Part shown: positions 17,359 through 25,771 of the stretch, one piece after another
How the letters are laid out: every line of letters starts with the position of its first letter
How positions within the stretch are numbered: position 1 is the first letter of the stretch
Source: Candidatus Longimicrobiales bacterium M2_2A_002
GTDB taxonomy: Bacteria; Gemmatimonadota; Gemmatimonadetes; Longimicrobiales; RSA9
Direction: 5' to 3'
Assembly (NCBI GenBank): GCA_051418035.1
Contig: JBPRGE010000064.1
Location: 33,459 to 97,458, forward strand
Length of the DNA stretch: 64,000 bases
Made by a program: the position numbers and the translations under genes
Notes under the pieces: model-generated
Databases searched by the model: none
Seen by the model: the letters and a program-made list of their open reading frames with translations, nothing else
Told to the model about the DNA's origin: nothing

Positions 17359-19665
17359 ATGACTATCGAACATAGAGGTACGCGGGCGGCCGGCTGGCTC
17401 GTGTTGGCGGGACTGCTCGCGGGCGGGCTGTTTCTCACGCCGGTGGAGGCTTCCGGCCAGGACGCAGTGGTGCAGGGCATTCTCGTGGACGAGGACACGT
17501 CGCAGCCGCTCCACGGGGTGGACGTGGTGCTGGAGCAGGATGGCGAGGTGGTCCGGGCCACGATCACGAACCGGAACGGTCTCTTCCAGATTCCGGGGAT
17601 CCGGCCGGGGACGTACACGCTGCGCATAGTGACTCCGGGCTACGAGGTCGTCGAGGAGACGATCGAGCTCGAACCGGGGGAGGTGCTGACTGCGAGTCGC
17701 GACCTGGAGGTGGACCCGGTCCAGCTGGAGGGGATCGGGGTCGTCACCGAGGGACCGGGCGCGGTGCGGCGGGAGCTGGGCGTCCAGACGATCCAGTCGG
17801 TGGAGCTGTCCCGGATCCCGACCCCGGCGGCGACGGGTGACCTGGTGAGCTTCCTCCAGACCCAGCCCGGGGTGGTGGGAAGCGGCGATCGAGGTGGGCA
17901 GCTCTTCATCCGTGGAGGCACGCCCACGCAGAACATGGTCCTGATGGACGGCATGCTGGTCTACCAGCCGTTCCACATTACGGGTCTCTTCTCGACGTTC
18001 CCGGAGAATCTCGTCCAGAGCGCCCAGTTCTTCCCGGGCGGATTCGGCCCGAAGTACACGGGCCGGATGTCCTCGGTGCTGGACGTCCAGATGCGGGATG
18101 GGAGCCACAGCCGGACATCGGCGGCGGTCTCGGCGAGCCCGTTCCTGGCCTCGGCCTCGGCCGAAGGCCCGCTGGGGTCGACCGGTCGCAACTCCTACAT
18201 CGTGTCGTTCCGGCGTTCGATGATCCGGGAGACGAGTCCATGGCTGCTGGGCGAGGAGCAGCCCCTGGGCTTCAACAGCCAGTACATCCGGCTGAGTGAG
18301 CTGAACCCGGACAGGAGCTCCCGGTGCTCGTTCACGTTCATGCGCAGCCGCGACGAGGGCGGTCTGGATCCCGATGACCCCGTCTCGCGGGTCGGGTGGA
18401 CCAACCTGCTGGTGGGCGGGCGGTGCCGGACGCTGGCGGGGGTGAACTTCCTGGACGTCCGGTTCGGGCGTACGTCGGTGAGCAGCGAGGCGGTCACCCG
18501 TGGGGCGTCCGAGTTCGAGTCGTCGGCCAGCCGGATCTTCATCGATGCCGACGCCAGCCGCCCGCTGACATGGGCGCAGCTGAACTGGGGCGGTCACATC
18601 CACGTGGAGAGCACCAGCTACGACCTCCAGGAACTCCTCGCCGAGAACTCGGAGCAGGAGAACCGGTGGTGGGTCCTCGGTGGGTACGGCGAGCTCGAGA
18701 TCCCGCTGGGCGCCGGGCTCCGGGTCCTGCCGGGGGCGGCGTTCTCGGTGGCTTCGCGGCAGCGGTCGATCTTCGAGCCGCGTCTGCGGGCCTCGTGGGC
18801 GGTGGACGCGGTGGACGGCGAGCTGAACGGTGCGGTGGGGCTGTACGAGCAGCGACTCACGGGCATCAGCGACCGCCGGGACGCCAGCTCCGTGTTCACC
18901 GCCTGGGTCCCGTCCCGGTCCGGGTCGCGGATGCGCTCCCTCCACGCGCAGGCGAGCTGGGAGCAGAGCATCGGGTCCGCCTTCTCCTACTCCGTGGATG
19001 TGTACGCCCGGCGGATGGAGGATCTGACGGTAGCGACGTGGAGCACCGTCGCCAGCTTCAACACGGATCTCTCGCTGGCCAGTGGCCGGGCTCACGGTGT
19101 CGATGTGCGGGTGGAGTACCGGCGCGGCCCGGTGTACCTGTTCGGCGGATACGGATACAGCCAGACGACGTACGAGTCGGCCCAGGAAGATTTCGGCCAA
19201 TGGTTCGGCGAGCCGGTCCAGAGCTACAGTCCCCCGCACGACCGTCGCCATCAGCTCAGCCTGCTGGGGAGCCTGGAGCTCGGGCGCGTCATGGTATCCG
19301 CCCGCTGGGAGTACGGCTCCGGGTTCCCGTTCACGCGGCCCATCGGCTTCGATGAGATCTTCGACTTCCGTACCACCGACAGCCCGCTGCCGCGGCTCAC
19401 CCGCAGATTCGGGCAGACCCGGCTGCTGCTGGACCGGCCGTACAACGGACGCCTTCCGGCCACGCACCGACTCGACTTCTCGGTCCGCCGTCCGGTGACG
19501 ATCGGCTCCAGCGAGCTGGAGCTGCAGGCCGGCGTGATCAACCTGTACGACCAGACGAACATCTTCTATTACGACGTCTTCGCGCAGCGGCGGGTGGACC
19601 AGCTGCCGGTCGCGCCGTACCTGTCGGCCAAGCTGCAGATCCCGTCGTCGGAGGACCGGCCATGA
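17359..19665 (+). CDS. TonB-dependent receptor with N-terminal carboxypeptidase-regulatory-like domain
   Basis: Signal peptide; plug QTQPGVV...LFIRGGTPTQNMVLMDG, PGGFGPKYTGRMSSVLDV; HDRRH, HRLD and NLYDQTN barrel motifs. Confidence 0.9.
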   Translation: MTIEHRGTRAAGWLVLAGLLAGGLFLTPVEASGQDAVVQGILVDEDTSQPLHGVDVVLEQDGEVVRATITNRNGLFQIPGIRPGTYTLRIVTPGYEVVEETIELEPGEVLTASRDLEVDPVQLEGIGVVTEGPGAVRRELGVQTIQSVELSRIPTPAATGDLVSFLQTQPGVVGSGDRGGQLFIRGGTPTQNMVLMDGMLVYQPFHITGLFSTFPENLVQSAQFFPGGFGPKYTGRMSSVLDVQMRDGSHSRTSAAVSASPFLASASAEGPLGSTGRNSYIVSFRRSMIRETSPWLLGEEQPLGFNSQYIRLSELNPDRSSRCSFTFMRSRDEGGLDPDDPVSRVGWTNLLVGGRCRTLAGVNFLDVRFGRTSVSSEAVTRGASEFESSASRIFIDADASRPLTWAQLNWGGHIHVESTSYDLQELLAENSEQENRWWVLGGYGELEIPLGAGLRVLPGAAFSVASRQRSIFEPRLRASWAVDAVDGELNGAVGLYEQRLTGISDRRDASSVFTAWVPSRSGSRMRSLHAQASWEQSIGSAFSYSVDVYARRMEDLTVATWSTVASFNTDLSLASGRAHGVDVRVEYRRGPVYLFGGYGYSQTTYESAQEDFGQWFGEPVQSYSPPHDRRHQLSLLGSLELGRVMVSARWEYGSGFPFTRPIGFDEIFDFRTTDSPLPRLTRRFGQTRLLLDRPYNGRLPATHRLDFSVRRPVTIGSSELELQAGVINLYDQTNIFYYDVFAQRRVDQLPVAPYLSAKLQIPSSEDRP

Positions 19666-20846
19666 GCGGTCCGATGCGTTTGAAGCGTCTGATGCGCCTG
19701 GCCCCGCTCGTCCTCGGCGTGCTGCTGGTCGCGAGCTGTGACGAGCCGCTGGAGCCGTTCCAGGAGAACACCATCGGTCCCTACTCGGTCTACGGGTACC
19801 TGGATCTGTCCGCGGACACGCAGTGGATCCGGGTCACGCCGATCCGGCAGGACATCCGGCCGGATTCCACCGCCATCGACGCGGCGGTCACGCTGGAAGA
19901 GGTGGGCAGCGGTCGGGTCCTCACACTCCAGGACTCCCTCTTCCGCTTTGTCGACCGCGGCGTCGGCGGCGCGGGCTACGCCCACAACTTCTGGACGACC
20001 GAGCCGCTCGGGCCCGACGCCACCTACCGGCTCCGGGTGGAGCGCTCCGATGGCGCCGCCACCACCGCCGTGGTCGAGATGCCCGCGGAGCCCCGGGTAA
20101 CGCTCCGGTTCTTCGAGAACCCCGAGACCCCGGGACTCCGGCTGCCGCGTCAGCTCGTGGTGCAGACGGAGAATGTCCTGTATACCTACCTCGCCTACAC
20201 TGTGTGGAACGAGAACACGCAGCGGGGCGTCGATCCGGTGGTCCTGCGGTGGCCGCCGACCTCCTTCGGATCGGGTCTGTGGCGGTTCACCTTCCCGGGG
20301 ATCGGGCCGCTGGACCGGCTGGACATGCCCCCTTACATCGACATGCTCCGGCGGGAGGCCCGCCTGGCGACGGCGGGCAGCGACTGGCCCTATGACGCCG
20401 ACCTGTCCGATTCGGACCTCTCGATCCCCGGGCTGGTCCCGACCACCGTGGAGAACGGCGTCGGGCAGGTCCGGGGGGTGTCCACGTGGCGGATCCCGCT
20501 GGTCTTCTGCGAGATCCTGGAGCCGACACCCGATGGCCGGGGCTGCACTCTGGAGCTCCACCGGCCGTCGGCCACGGTGGTCGGCACGGTGGTCGATGAC
20601 CCGTGCGCGGGGCCGCGGCACCTGCCGGCGGTCCGTCTGACGCAGCAGTTCCCGGTTGGCGGCGCCGTGGCCTGGAACTGGACCGCCGACTGGGACGGGA
20701 GCTACCGGTTCATCGGGATCGAGCCCGGGGCCGACCTCCTCCTGGAGTTCGAGGACGCGGGGACGACGATCCCGATCCCGCCACTCGAGCCCGGTGAGCG
20801 GTACGTGGCGCCGGAGGTCGTGGTGCCCAGCACATGCCAGTCCTAG
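19662..20846 (+). CDS. TonB-receptor-associated lipoprotein, copy 1 (DUF4249-like)
   Basis: Lipobox VASC; VYGYLDLSADTQWIRV, TTVENGVG; ATGA-coupled to the receptor. Confidence 0.75.
   Translation: MSGPMRLKRLMRLAPLVLGVLLVASCDEPLEPFQENTIGPYSVYGYLDLSADTQWIRVTPIRQDIRPDSTAIDAAVTLEEVGSGRVLTLQDSLFRFVDRGVGGAGYAHNFWTTEPLGPDATYRLRVERSDGAATTAVVEMPAEPRVTLRFFENPETPGLRLPRQLVVQTENVLYTYLAYTVWNENTQRGVDPVVLRWPPTSFGSGLWRFTFPGIGPLDRLDMPPYIDMLRREARLATAGSDWPYDADLSDSDLSIPGLVPTTVENGVGQVRGVSTWRIPLVFCEILEPTPDGRGCTLELHRPSATVVGTVVDDPCAGPRHLPAVRLTQQFPVGGAVAWNWTADWDGSYRFIGIEPGADLLLEFEDAGTTIPIPPLEPGERYVAPEVVVPSTCQS
20381..20840 (+). repeat. 460-bp near-identical direct repeat, copy 1
   Basis: Aligns without gaps to 21613-22072 (offset 1232); about 17 mismatches by manual count. 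Confidence 0.9.
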
Positions 20847-22096
20847 GCTCTCGGCCCGTCCGGCGGGTACGTCGTTCGTCCGGGCCACGGCCAGACCGCC
20901 GTGGGGGGAGACCCGGCGTTCTGCGGCGTCTGGCTCCGCTCCTCCTCGGTGTGCTCCTCGTCGCCGGCTGCGAAGAGCCGTTCGAGCCGTTCCAGGAGAA
21001 CACCATGGGTCCGTTCTCGGTCTACGGGTACCTGGACCTGTCCGCGGACACGCAGTGGATCCGGGTCACACCGATTCGGCAGAACATCCGGCCGGATTCC
21101 GCCGCCATCGATGCGGTGGTCACACTGGAGCACGTGGGCAGTGGCCGGATCGTCACGCTCCGGGACTCCCTCTTCCGCTTCGCGGACCCCGACGTCGCTG
21201 GCTCATCGGCCTGGGTCCACAACTTCTGGACGACCGAGCCCCTGGAGCCGGAGGCCACCTACCGGCTCCGGGTGGCGCGCTCCGATGGGGCAGCCACGAC
21301 CGCCGTGGTCGAGATGCCCGGGGAGCCCCGGCTCACGCTCCGGTTCTTCTCCAACCCCGAGACGCCCTTCCGGCTGCCACGTCAGCTCGTAGTGGAGACG
21401 GAGCACTTTCTGTATACGGATGTGGCCTACACGGTATGGAACGGGAACACGGAGCGAGGCGATGATCCCGTGGTCCTGCGCTGGGCGCCCGCCTTCGCGG
21501 ACCCGGGCCGCTGGGGGTTCGTCCTGCCGGGGATAGGCTTCGGGCAGACACTGGACATGCCCCCCTACACCGATATGCTCCGGAGGGAGGCCCGTGTGGC
21601 GACCGCGGGCACCGACTGGCCCTATGACGCCGACCTGTCCGATTCGGACCTCTCGATCCCCGGGCTGGTCCCGACCACCGTGGAAAACGGCGTCGGGCAG
21701 GTCCGGGGGGTGTCCACGTGGCGGATCCCGCTGGTCTTCTGCGAGATCCTGGAGCCGAGACCCGATGGCGCCGGCTGCACCACGGAGCTCCACCGGCCGT
21801 CGGCCACGGTGGTCGGCACGGTGGTCGATGACCCGTGCGCGGGGCCGCGGCACCTGCCGGCGGTCCGTCTGACGCAGCAGTTCCCGGCCGGCGGCGCCGT
21901 GGTCTGGAACTGGACCGCCGACTGGGACGGGAGCTACCGGTTCATCGGGATCGAGCCCGGGGCCGACCTCCTCCTCGGTTTCGAGGACGCGGGGACGACG
22001 ATCCCGATCCCGTCGCTCGAGCCCGGTGAGCGCTACGTGGCGCCGGAGGTCGTGGTGCCCAGCACATGCCAGCGCCGATACTCGCGCTTCCCTTAA
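20834..22096 (+). CDS. TonB-receptor-associated lipoprotein, copy 2 (start uncertain)
   Basis: Lipobox VAGC; clear tandem paralog of 19662-20846. Confidence 0.75.
   Translation: MPVLGSRPVRRVRRSSGPRPDRRGGRPGVLRRLAPLLLGVLLVAGCEEPFEPFQENTMGPFSVYGYLDLSADTQWIRVTPIRQNIRPDSAAIDAVVTLEHVGSGRIVTLRDSLFRFADPDVAGSSAWVHNFWTTEPLEPEATYRLRVARSDGAATTAVVEMPGEPRLTLRFFSNPETPFRLPRQLVVETEHFLYTDVAYTVWNGNTERGDDPVVLRWAPAFADPGRWGFVLPGIGFGQTLDMPPYTDMLRREARVATAGTDWPYDADLSDSDLSIPGLVPTTVENGVGQVRGVSTWRIPLVFCEILEPRPDGAGCTTELHRPSATVVGTVVDDPCAGPRHLPAVRLTQQFPAGGAVVWNWTADWDGSYRFIGIEPGADLLLGFEDAGTTIPIPSLEPGERYVAPEVVVPSTCQRRYSRFP
21613..22072 (+). repeat. 460-bp near-identical direct repeat, copy 2
   Basis: Partner of 20381-20840; both copies end at CCCAGCACATGCCAG. 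Confidence 0.9.
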
Positions 22097-22647
22097 TTCA
22101 GCTCCCGATGGAGCCACGCCCGGGCCATGCGCAGGTCGCGATCCACCGTGGCCGGTGATATCTCCAGGGCCGCCGCGACTTCAGGATGGGTCAGACCGCC
22201 GAAATAGTGGAGCTCCACGACCCGGCTCTTGCGCTCGTCCACCTCGGCCAGGCGATTCAGCGCCTCGTCCAGCGCCAGAACCAGCTCGGAGGGCTCCGAG
22301 TCCGGGACCAGCGCCTCCTCCAGCGTGACCTTCACCGCGTCGCCACCCCGTTTCTGGCGTGACTTCGCCCGGGCGTGGTCGACCAGCACGCGCCGCATGA
22401 CGGTGGCTGCGGTGGCGAGGAAGTGGATCCGGTCGTTCCAGTCGATGTCGGCGTCTACCAGCCGCGCGAAGGCCTCGTGGACCAGCGCGGTGGGCTGCAG
22501 CGTGTGATCGGGCCGCTCACCGCGCATCGCCCGCCCCGCCAGACGTTTGAGCTCGTCGTAGATCAGCGGCACGAGCCGGTCGGGCGCGTTCTCGTCGCCC
22601 TGGCGCCAGGCGTGCAGCAGCTGGGTAACGGTCTTCGGATCGGTCAT
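22093..22647 (-). CDS. ECF sigma factor, kinase-associated (TIGR02999-like)
   Basis: VTQLLHAWRQGD, LVPLIYDELKRLA, HTLQPTALVHEA, MRRVLVDHAR..KRGG, VELHYFGGLT, DLRMARAWL. Confidence 0.92.
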   Translation of the reverse strand: MTDPKTVTQLLHAWRQGDENAPDRLVPLIYDELKRLAGRAMRGERPDHTLQPTALVHEAFARLVDADIDWNDRIHFLATAATVMRRVLVDHARAKSRQKRGGDAVKVTLEEALVPDSEPSELVLALDEALNRLAEVDERKSRVVELHYFGGLTHPEVAAALEISPATVDRDLRMARAWLHRELN

Positions 22648-22660
22648 CGTATCGGGTCGA

Positions 22661-25624
22661 TCACGGCGGCACCGCCTCCGCCCGCGCGGGCTCCCCGAGG
22701 GAACGGAAGAACTCCACCACCCGCTGACGGGCCAGCTCCCGGTGGCGGCTGTTCTCCGTCGTGCCGGCCCTCACGGCATCGTACCCGTTCACGAGAAGCG
22801 GTTCGGCTTCCGCGTAGGAGCCCCTCGCGGCGAGAACTTCGCCCAGCAGCGTCTGGCTCAACGCGATCAGCCAGTTGTCCGCATCCAGCGCCGTCCGACG
22901 GATGCGGAGGGCCTCGCGCACCGTCCGCTCGGCCTTATCGAGCTGACCCGTGGCGAGGAAGTAGCGGGCCAGGTTGTGCAGCCCCTCGGCCACGGCAGGA
23001 TGGTCCGCGCCCAGGGCGCTGCGGATCATGTCCGAGCCATGACGCAGGGGCTCACCGGCGGCCTCCACCTGCCCGTCGCCCAGAAGGTAGATCCCGATCA
23101 GCACCAGGTCCTGCCCGATGTACGGATGGTCCTCGCTGAGCGTCTCGCGGTCGATGGCGAGCGCCTGGCGCTGGTAGTCGAGGGCGCCGGCGAAGTCCCG
23201 ACGGTCCGCTGCCACGTGGGCGAGGTTGTTCAGCGTGGTGGCCACCTCGGGATGGTCATCGCCGAAGGTGCCGCGCCGGATCTCCAGCGACCGGCGGTAT
23301 AGCCGCTCCGCCTCGTCCAGCGCCTCCTTCGCGACGTAGGACGCGGCCAGGTTGTTCAAGGTCGTGGCGAGCTTGTCGTGGTCGGGGTCGTAGACGTCCC
23401 GCTGGTGCTCGAGGACCCGCGTCAGGATCTCGATCGCCTCGTCGTGTCGATCCAGGTTCTGCAGGGCCACGGCCAGATTGCTCAACCGCACTGTGGTCGA
23501 CGGATGGTCGGCGCCCAGGATGCGCTCTCCGTGCTCCACCGCCTCGCGGAACAGGGCCACCGCCTCCGCCGGCTTCCCCTGCAACCGCAGCGTCTCCGCC
23601 AGTGCGTCCAGGTAGTAGCCCACACCGGGGTGATCCTCGCCCAGTCCCGCCCGGGCGCGCTCCAACGCCTCCCGCAGGACCGTCTCCGCTTCCGCGTGGT
23701 TTCCCTGCCGCGACTGTGTCCGGCCGAGGTTTGCCAGCGCCACGACCAGGGTCTCGATATTCGCCTCGCTCGGCGGCAGGCGGCGGCCCATGTCGGTGGC
23801 CTCCCGCAGCACCGAGTCCGCCCGGGCGTAGTCGCCCCGATGGAACGCGTTCATCCCCAGGCCGTTGAGCGTGGCCACGAGATCGACGTGCGGCGGGTCG
23901 AGCTCGGCGCGGCGGAGCTCCTGCGCCGCCAGCAGCAGCGAGTCGGCGCGCTCGTAATCCCCCAGGTCCCGGGCCAGCCCCGCAAGGTCGTGCATTGCCT
24001 CGGCCCGCGGCAGCGGCCCCGCGTCTCCTTCGGCGCGACGCAGCTCGAGTGCGCCCTCCAGGAAGGGGCCCGCCTCCTCGTACAAACCCAGGCTCTCGTA
24101 GACCCCTCCGATCACCCCCAGCATCGTCGCCCGCAGCTCCGGCTGGTCCGCCAGCTCCCGCTCGATCCGCCCGGCGCCGGCGTCCAGCAGCTCGCCCGCC
24201 GTTAGCTCCCGGCCCCTGGCCTCGTACGGGTCCGCCGCCTCGAAGAGGCCCGTCAGGAAACCGACCACCCGCTCCGCCTTCTCCGCCTCCGCCCGGGCCC
24301 GGTCGCGCTCCGCCGCCAGCCGCGCGGTATAGAAGGCGGTGAGACCGGCCACTACGACCAGCGCCGCCGCCGTCCCCGCCACGCCCACCCGATGACGCCG
24401 GACGAACTTGCCCAGCCGATACCCCACCGAGTCGGGCCGCGCCCTCACCGGCAGCCCGTCCAGATGCCGGCGGATGTCCTCCGCCAGTCCCTCCACCGAC
24501 GCATAGCGCCGGCCCGGCTCCTTCCGCAGCGACATCAGCAGGATCTTGTCGAGATCGCCCCGCAGGCGTCGGCGCAGCCGATGCGGGGTCGTCCCCCGTG
24601 CCGCGGCCACCTCCTGAGGCGACCCGTCGCCCGCCCCTTCGACCTCGACGGCCTCCCCGCCGGCCCGGGTCACCGCGGCGCTGGGTCGCTCCGGTTCCTC
24701 CTCGGTGATTGCCCGCTCCGTCTCCCGCGGCGTGCGGCCCGCCAGCCGGTACGGCCGACGCCCCGTGAGCAGCTCGTAGAGGAGGACGCCCAGCGAGTAG
24801 ACGTCGCTGGCGGTGGTGATCGTCTCGCCCCGCACCTGCTCGGGGCTGGCGTACTCGGGGGTCATCAGCCGCGCCGCCGTTCGCGTATGCGCGGTCCCGG
24901 GAGGCACGTCCAGCAGCTTGGCGATCCCGAAGTCGAGGAGCTTCGGCACGCCGTCGTCCGTGACGAGGATGTTGCCCGGCTTGATGTCCCGATGGACGAC
25001 CAGGCTGCGGTGGGCGAACTGAACCGCTTCGCATACACGGACGAACAGGCGCAGCCGATCATCGATCGACAGCCCGCGCCGATCGCAGTAGACGTCGATG
25101 GGCTCGCCCTCCACCCGCTCCATGACCACGTACGGCAGCCCGTCCTCGGTGGTGCCGCCGTCCAGAAGGCGCGCGATGTTGGGGTGGTCCAGGTCGGCGA
25201 GTATCTGACGCTCGGTCAGGAAGCGACGGCGGATCCGGGGGTCGTCGGCGCCCAGCCGGACGAGCTTGATGGCGACCTCCTGCCGATACTCGTCGTCCGC
25301 CCGGACCGCGGAGTAGACCGCGCCCATCCCGCCGCGTCCCAGCACCCCCCTCACCTCGTAGGACCCGATCCGTCGCCCCTCGAACGTCCGGGAAGGCTCG
25401 CCGTGCACCGAGGCCGCCACCTCGCCCAGCGCGGCCTCCACGGCGGCACCGAATCCACCGGCGGCGGCGTCCGCCCGCAACAGCGAGTCCACCTCCCGCC
25501 GCAACTCGCCGTCGTCTCCGCAGGCCCGCTCCAGGTACGCCTCGCGGTCGCTTTCGGGCAACGCGATGGCCTCCGAGAAGATCTCCTCGACCCGGCGCCA
25601 CCGGTCTCTGGGAGTGTCGTCCAT
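22661..25624 (-). CDS. Hanks-type Ser/Thr kinase with TM and TPR array
   Basis: LGRGGMGAVY, VAIK, HRDIKPGN, LLDFGIAK, TPEYASPEQ, DVYSLG; TM segment; repeated DHP..ATTLNNLA TPR units. Confidence 0.95.
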   Translation of the reverse strand: MDDTPRDRWRRVEEIFSEAIALPESDREAYLERACGDDGELRREVDSLLRADAAAGGFGAAVEAALGEVAASVHGEPSRTFEGRRIGSYEVRGVLGRGGMGAVYSAVRADDEYRQEVAIKLVRLGADDPRIRRRFLTERQILADLDHPNIARLLDGGTTEDGLPYVVMERVEGEPIDVYCDRRGLSIDDRLRLFVRVCEAVQFAHRSLVVHRDIKPGNILVTDDGVPKLLDFGIAKLLDVPPGTAHTRTAARLMTPEYASPEQVRGETITTASDVYSLGVLLYELLTGRRPYRLAGRTPRETERAITEEEPERPSAAVTRAGGEAVEVEGAGDGSPQEVAAARGTTPHRLRRRLRGDLDKILLMSLRKEPGRRYASVEGLAEDIRRHLDGLPVRARPDSVGYRLGKFVRRHRVGVAGTAAALVVVAGLTAFYTARLAAERDRARAEAEKAERVVGFLTGLFEAADPYEARGRELTAGELLDAGAGRIERELADQPELRATMLGVIGGVYESLGLYEEAGPFLEGALELRRAEGDAGPLPRAEAMHDLAGLARDLGDYERADSLLLAAQELRRAELDPPHVDLVATLNGLGMNAFHRGDYARADSVLREATDMGRRLPPSEANIETLVVALANLGRTQSRQGNHAEAETVLREALERARAGLGEDHPGVGYYLDALAETLRLQGKPAEAVALFREAVEHGERILGADHPSTTVRLSNLAVALQNLDRHDEAIEILTRVLEHQRDVYDPDHDKLATTLNNLAASYVAKEALDEAERLYRRSLEIRRGTFGDDHPEVATTLNNLAHVAADRRDFAGALDYQRQALAIDRETLSEDHPYIGQDLVLIGIYLLGDGQVEAAGEPLRHGSDMIRSALGADHPAVAEGLHNLARYFLATGQLDKAERTVREALRIRRTALDADNWLIALSQTLLGEVLAARGSYAEAEPLLVNGYDAVRAGTTENSRHRELARQRVVEFFRSLGEPARAEAVPP

Positions 25625-25771
25625 ACCGCCGAGGCTACCTGCAGGCCGCCGGGCTGTCAATCATCGTTCTCGTTATCGGATGAGGAGATCCGGCCGGGAA
25701 TGACGCTTACCCGGATGGAAGGCACCCGAGAGGGCTCACCTGTCTGTCCTCGAGCGATGGAGGCACACGAG

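Noticed and set aside
20381-22072. Near-identical repeat pair as a DGR template/variable region
   Set aside because: Mismatches are not adenine-specific, both copies are coding paralogs, and no reverse transcriptase is present in the window.
22661-24100. Periodic sequence as a possible CRISPR or repeat array
   Set aside because: It is degenerate TPR-coding sequence within the kinase, with no identical repeats and spacers.
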